Made by a program: the position numbers and the translations under genes. The notes beneath the pieces are model-generated. The model saw nothing but the letters and a program-made list of their open reading frames with translations, was not told the origin of the DNA and searched no databases. Below, piece after piece: positions 59,132-64,000 of a stretch of DNA of 64,000 nucleotides; position 1 is the stretch's first letter, and each line of letters begins with the position of its first letter. Source of the DNA: Phycisphaerae bacterium. Its GTDB lineage: Bacteria > Planctomycetota > Phycisphaerae > UBA1845 > Fen-1342. Location: positions 24,368 to 88,367 of the forward strand of contig JASFQK010000029.1 in assembly GCA_050115495.1 (NCBI GenBank). Reading direction: 5' to 3'.

Positions 59132-60808
59132 TCAGTATTTCAGCTGCGTCGCCGCAAACCCCGCCGCGAAGCCCGCGAAGCGATCCGCCACGTAGATCGG
59201 CCACGCTCGAACAACGTACCGCCCCGACACCCGATGTTCCACGACGCGCACCGGCGTGCCCAGCCCCGGCAGCGCCGCCTCGACCCCCTCCGCCCCGGTG
59301 AGCACCGGCGCCAGCTTGCCCACGTAGATGCACGGCCGGCCCACGAATCGCTCGGGGTTTGCGATCGGGTTTGTCCACAAATCGTACTGGCTCAACCGCG
59401 ACCCCAGCACCGGCTGAATGCAGTACACGTCCGGCTCGCCTGGGCAGTAGAACGCAATCTCGCTCGCCAACTGGTAATGGTCGGCCATGATGAACGGATC
59501 GCGTCCCTGCGCCCGCTCCGCCGCCAGCACCTCACCGACCTCGCGCCCAAGCTGAGACCAACCCCGGAGCCGCGCCGTCGGGTCATACTTTGCGTACGGC
59601 GCCTGTTCCCACGCCGGCGACGGGCGCATCCGCTCGATCCGTTCGCCCAGCGGCAGCAGCCACTCGGCGTGATGCGCAAGCGTCACGACGCCGGCCCCAC
59701 ACACCACACTGGCGACAACATAGATCCGAGTATTCCGTCGCACCGGCGCACTCGCCGCCCGCCACCGCCGGGCCAGCCACATCGCCAACAGGATCGTAGC
59801 GGGCATCAGGCTGAGCATCGGCCAGTTCGGCTGAACTTTGGTTATCGGGCTAAACGCCAGAAACAGCGCCCACGGCACCACCGCGGCCAGCAACAATAGC
59901 CGCAGGCCGGTCGCCTCGTGTGGCTCTCCCTCCGCTGCCGGCCGCCGATAGAACGCCACGATCGCCGCGATCATTCCCGGGAACCAGAGCCCGATTACCC
60001 CTAATTGCCCGCCAACGTAGCTGAGCGGCCCGAGCAGGTCGATCGACGGTCCGCCCGCCAGCCCCGCTTGTCCCGCCACGTGCCGAAAGCTCACCCAGTT
60101 GTGAGCCGCATTCCACGCCAGAATCGGCACAAACCCGAGCACTCCGATGACGGTCGCGAGGTACGGCCCCAGTCGCCGCAATTGCGCCCGCCCCCGTCCG
60201 TCCACCAGCAGCAGCAACCCCACCGCCGGGAAGATCAGCACCATCGTGTACTTCGCGAGGATCCCGCCGGCGATGAGCACGCCGACCGCGAGCCACGCCA
60301 GCAGCGACCCCTGGCGCATGGCCCGCTCGACGCCGACCAGCGCCCACGTCCACGCGCACGCCAGTGGCGCGTCGATGGTCATGAGCATCGACCCCGCCGC
60401 CAGGATGGGCATGGTGAACGTCAGGGCGGCGGCGAGGAGGGCGACGCGTGGTCGCCGGCTGACCGCCGACGCCAGCACGTAGATCCCCAGTCCGGTAAAG
60501 AATGCGAGCACAACCGCCGGCAGCCGCACCGCCAGCGCCTCGCTCCCAACCAGCCGCTCCGACCAGTCTGCCAGCAGAGCCCGCGAGCCGGCGATGATCC
60601 ACGCCACCAGCGGACCTTTGCTGTAATAGCTGAAGTCCAGCCGCCGCGCCCACTCCCAGTAGTGGGCCTCGTCGCCCACCAGGTCCAACGGACACGCGTC
60701 GACGAGAAACCAGACATGCAGCAGCGCCCCGGCCAGCAGCAGAGCGCAAGCGGCCGGCAGAGCCCATCTCGCCGAACCAGGTGATGAAACTGGGGCGGCG
60801 TCGGTCAT
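59132..60808 (-). CDS. ArnT/PMT-like GT-C glycosyltransferase
   Basis: DEAHYWEW, YYSKGPL, LAVRLP, TIDAP, LAKYT; many TMs. Confidence 0.9.
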   Translation of the reverse strand: MTDAAPVSSPGSARWALPAACALLLAGALLHVWFLVDACPLDLVGDEAHYWEWARRLDFSYYSKGPLVAWIIAGSRALLADWSERLVGSEALAVRLPAVVLAFFTGLGIYVLASAVSRRPRVALLAAALTFTMPILAAGSMLMTIDAPLACAWTWALVGVERAMRQGSLLAWLAVGVLIAGGILAKYTMVLIFPAVGLLLLVDGRGRAQLRRLGPYLATVIGVLGFVPILAWNAAHNWVSFRHVAGQAGLAGGPSIDLLGPLSYVGGQLGVIGLWFPGMIAAIVAFYRRPAAEGEPHEATGLRLLLLAAVVPWALFLAFSPITKVQPNWPMLSLMPATILLAMWLARRWRAASAPVRRNTRIYVVASVVCGAGVVTLAHHAEWLLPLGERIERMRPSPAWEQAPYAKYDPTARLRGWSQLGREVGEVLAAERAQGRDPFIMADHYQLASEIAFYCPGEPDVYCIQPVLGSRLSQYDLWTNPIANPERFVGRPCIYVGKLAPVLTGAEGVEAALPGLGTPVRVVEHRVSGRYVVRAWPIYVADRFAGFAAGFAATQLKY

Positions 60809-60812
60809 CGTG

Positions 60813-61232
60813 CTACGGGTTCTCCGGGGCCGCGTTCGTCGTCGGGGCGCTGGTCGCGGGCGCGGTTGCTGGCGTTTCCGCAGCGCGCGTGGCCCGGACC
60901 CAGTTCGCCGACATCGTGCGGTCCCAACTCATCACCCCTTCCACCTGAACCGTCTCGCCGACGCGCAGATCTTCCAGATCCGCCGGCTCTTCGTCGATCC
61001 AGATGGGGCATTCAGGTGGAACACGACCCTCAATCTCCAGCGTCTGCCCGGTTTTGGGGTGTACCACCGCCATCGCCGCCGTCCGCGTGGTCAGGTCCAC
61101 GCGGACGATCGTCCCCGTGACCGTGTACTTCTTCGACCGCAGCATCCGCCGGGCGACCATCGCTGTCACGGCCACGATCACGACGATCCCGATGACAGCG
61201 ATGATGACCCGCGTCTTCCGTTTGCTATCCAT
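60813..61232 (-). CDS. Membrane-anchored OB-fold-like hypothetical protein
   Basis: TM then TVTGTIVRVD..LEDLRVGETVQVEG; P/A/T tail. Confidence 0.65.
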   Translation of the reverse strand: MDSKRKTRVIIAVIGIVVIVAVTAMVARRMLRSKKYTVTGTIVRVDLTTRTAAMAVVHPKTGQTLEIEGRVPPECPIWIDEEPADLEDLRVGETVQVEGVMSWDRTMSANWVRATRAAETPATAPATSAPTTNAAPENP

Positions 61233-61605
61233 AGTCAGCCATTCCACTCGCCGGAAGGAACACCGTCCCGACCGCCCACAACAGCCGCACGGACCGGTCG
61301 GGCCCACGCCACGGCGTGCAGCGTACCGCAACGCGGAACGGTAGCACAAGCCTGTCAAGATCGCGTGAAACCGCTGCCCGTCGGGCAGGCCGCACATTCT
61401 CGGACGTCTGCCGACCCGATCGCTCGCGAAGCTCCCCCGTTATCCGGGCCGCCGCGAACGCTTCGTCCCAACATATATGCATTTACTCAGCACCCTCCCG
61501 GTGCAGGCCGATAAGCCGTATGTGGCTCGTGCCGCGAACTGGGCGCGCGCCCGTTGGACAATTGAGGTCCCCGACGACCCGACCATACGGAACAGGGTTT
61601 GTGCC

Positions 61606-63801
61606 ATGCAGCAAGCAGCGACCCAGCGCCCGCCCGAAACCAACACTCGCCCCGCCGCCCCGCCGGCGACCGGCCGCAGCCCTCTCGCCGACCGCGCCCA
61701 GAAGTGGGCCCAGCTCGTGCAGAGCATCACGGCTCGTGCGAACGAGCTGCGCAAACTCCGCGACGAGGTGGTGCCGCGCACGGCCGAGCTCGACGCCCGC
61801 GAGCGTGATATCGAGGCCCGCGAGCTCCAGTTGAATCAGCAGTTCCAGCGCATCGAGCAGATCACCGTCGAGCTCGAAAAGGGTGGCGAGGATTTCCAGG
61901 CGCAGGCCGCCGAGCTCGATCGCCGCTCTGCCGAAGTCGACAGGCGTCAGGCCGCGCTCGAAGCCGCCACGCAGGAATGGAACACGCGCCGCGCTGAGCT
62001 CGATGCCCGCGCCGCCGACGTCCAGGCCCGCTGCGACGGACTGGTCGGCCGGACCGGCGAGCTCGACGCCCGCCGCACGATGCTCGAAGAGAAGGCGACC
62101 CAGCTCGCCGGCGACCGCGCCGCGCTGGACGCCCGCGAGGCCGCCGTCCGCCAGCGCGAGGATGACCTGCACGCCCAGCGCGCCGAACTGGAGCAGCGCC
62201 GGCACGCGCTCGACGGACAGGCCGAGACGGTCCGCAACACCGACGAGCGGCTCAAGACCCGCGCGGCCGCCCTGGACCGGCGGCAGGCCGACATCACGCA
62301 GCAGCAACAGGACTTGCAGGGCCGCAACCGCAAGCTCGACACCCGCGAGACGGCCCTGGCCGCCGAGCGCAAGGCGCTCGAGAAGCGTGCCCAGAACCTG
62401 CGCAGTGCGGAGGAGCAGTTCGCCGCCCGCACCGCCGACTTGGACCGCCGCCAGCAGGTGATCGAGCGGCAGGCCGAGGACGTGCAGAAGGCCCGCCACG
62501 ACTTGCAGGCGCAGCACGAGGCCCGCCAGGCCGAGCTGGAGGCCCAGTTCGCGGCACGCCAGACCGAACTGGACGCCCGGTACGAGGCCCGTGACGCGCA
62601 GCTCAGTGCCCAGATCGAGGCACGCCAGACCGAGCTCACAGCCCAGATCGAATCGCGGAAGGCCGAGGTCGGCGCCCAACTCGAGGCGCAGCGGACCGAG
62701 CTCAACAGCCAGGCCGAAGCGCGACAGGCCGCACTCGACGCACGGCAGGCCGAGCTCGACGCGCAGTTCGAGGCCCGACAGGCCGAGCTCAATACCCAAT
62801 TCGAAGCACGTCAGGCCGAGCTCAACACCCAGACCGAAGCACGCCAGACCGAGCTCGATGCCCAGCGTCGCGTCCTCGAGGAGCAGCGCCGCGCCCTCGG
62901 CGATCAGCACCGCGCCGTCGAGGATGAACGCCGCGCCATCGAGGCCCAGGCCCAGGCGCTCCAGGCCGCCAACGAAGATCTCAAGCGCCGCATCGCCGAG
63001 CTCGACGAGCGCCGGCGCACGCTCGACGAGCAGGGCACCGTGCTCCAGGTGGCGAACCAGCAGCTCGACATGCGGTCAGCGGAGCTCGACCGCCGTCGCC
63101 AGACGCTCGAAGAGCAGGAGCAGACGCTCCAGAACGCCAGCCAGGCCCTCGAAGCCCGCTGTGCCGAGGTGGACCGCCGCGAGCGGCGTATGGGCGCCCG
63201 GGCCGCCGAGGTCGAGCAGCGGAACGAAGGGCTGCGCTTGCAGGCTGAGGACTTGCAGAAGCGCGAAGAGGCCATCGCCCCCGGCGAGGCCGAGCTCGCC
63301 CGCAACCGCGCCGAGGTCGAGCAGCAACTGTCCGACCTCGAGCAGGCCAAGCGGCTGCTCAACACCCGCCGGCGTGAGACCGAGGAGCGACAGCAGGCGC
63401 TCGACGCCCGCAGTGCGGAAGTCAACGCCTACGCCCGGGCCCTCGAAGAGCGGGCCCACCAGCTCGAGGAGCGCGAGCGCGTCGTCAGCGATGAGACCGC
63501 GGAGCTCGAGGAGCTCGGACACCAGTTGCAGACGCGCAGCGCCGAGCTCGAGCGACAGTGGCGCCTCTTCGATGCCCACGTCGACACCATGCACTCCTGG
63601 ACGACGGCCTACCAGCGCAACGCCACGCTGGAGATCGGCCGCGCCCGCTGCAAGGACCCCGAGGCGGAAGCCGAAGAGGCGATCGAGGAATTGGAGCCGA
63701 CCGACGAAACCACGCCGGTCGACGAGATCCAGCCCACCGAGCCGGAGTCCACCGACGAGGCCGACGCCACCGTCGTCGAAGAGTCCCAGGACAACACGTA
63801 G
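61606..63801 (+). CDS. Long coiled-coil protein with 11-residue repeats and acidic tail
   Basis: A/E/Q/R/L-rich; EARQAELxAQ[FI] repeats. Confidence 0.85.
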   Translation: MQQAATQRPPETNTRPAAPPATGRSPLADRAQKWAQLVQSITARANELRKLRDEVVPRTAELDARERDIEARELQLNQQFQRIEQITVELEKGGEDFQAQAAELDRRSAEVDRRQAALEAATQEWNTRRAELDARAADVQARCDGLVGRTGELDARRTMLEEKATQLAGDRAALDAREAAVRQREDDLHAQRAELEQRRHALDGQAETVRNTDERLKTRAAALDRRQADITQQQQDLQGRNRKLDTRETALAAERKALEKRAQNLRSAEEQFAARTADLDRRQQVIERQAEDVQKARHDLQAQHEARQAELEAQFAARQTELDARYEARDAQLSAQIEARQTELTAQIESRKAEVGAQLEAQRTELNSQAEARQAALDARQAELDAQFEARQAELNTQFEARQAELNTQTEARQTELDAQRRVLEEQRRALGDQHRAVEDERRAIEAQAQALQAANEDLKRRIAELDERRRTLDEQGTVLQVANQQLDMRSAELDRRRQTLEEQEQTLQNASQALEARCAEVDRRERRMGARAAEVEQRNEGLRLQAEDLQKREEAIAPGEAELARNRAEVEQQLSDLEQAKRLLNTRRRETEERQQALDARSAEVNAYARALEERAHQLEERERVVSDETAELEELGHQLQTRSAELERQWRLFDAHVDTMHSWTTAYQRNATLEIGRARCKDPEAEAEEAIEELEPTDETTPVDEIQPTEPESTDEADATVVEESQDNT

Positions 63802-63819
63802 GGCGGGCTCGGCCCGCCG
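63798..63819 (+). repeat. GTAG-type REP element
   Basis: Identical to 43567-43588; its TAG is the stop of the coiled-coil gene. Confidence 0.8.
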
Positions 63820-64000
63820 CACGCTCTTGCGCCAAAACAGCGCCGCTTCGTCAGCCAACGAACGGCGGGTGAAACCCAATGGTACTAACCTTGTCACGCG
63901 GCTCGTTTCTTGGTGTTTGCTCGTGGTGGTGGAGCGGTGGGCAGCTTGCTGGGGCGTTTCAGCTTGCCGTGGCCTTTGTTTTTGGTTTTCGTGTCATGCG

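Overview
High-GC bacterial DNA, inferred to be Planctomycetota (probably Phycisphaerae) from a TIGR02999-type ECF sigma/Ser-Thr kinase pair, two DUF1559-like prepilin proteins and six PEP-CTERM genes. Bases 1-14.3 kb are mostly housekeeping (bamA, C26 hydrolase, htrA, galK, trpD, dksA, lspA, tRNA-Pro). An accessory region follows the tRNA. It holds (i) a class I lanthipeptide cluster (lanC, lanB, C39-ABC exporter, two membrane-fusion proteins) with four double-glycine precursors (one interrupted by TGA) and an embedded kinase/ECF pair, bracketed by a diverged ~124-bp direct repeat; (ii) three copies of an unknown ~420-aa HTH-like gene, each back-to-back with a PEP-CTERM gene across divergent promoters, two sharing a GTTTC-N2-GAAAC palindrome; (iii) small membrane genes sharing a 51-bp zinc-ribbon cassette; (iv) a hemP-led operon with PEP-CTERM, DUF1559-like and chelatase-lipoprotein genes. 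The rest has an MCP, a DUF3142 pair, a GT/PAP2/kinase operon and a long coiled-coil protein. All calls come from reading motifs by eye; no database searches were run and several start codons are estimates.
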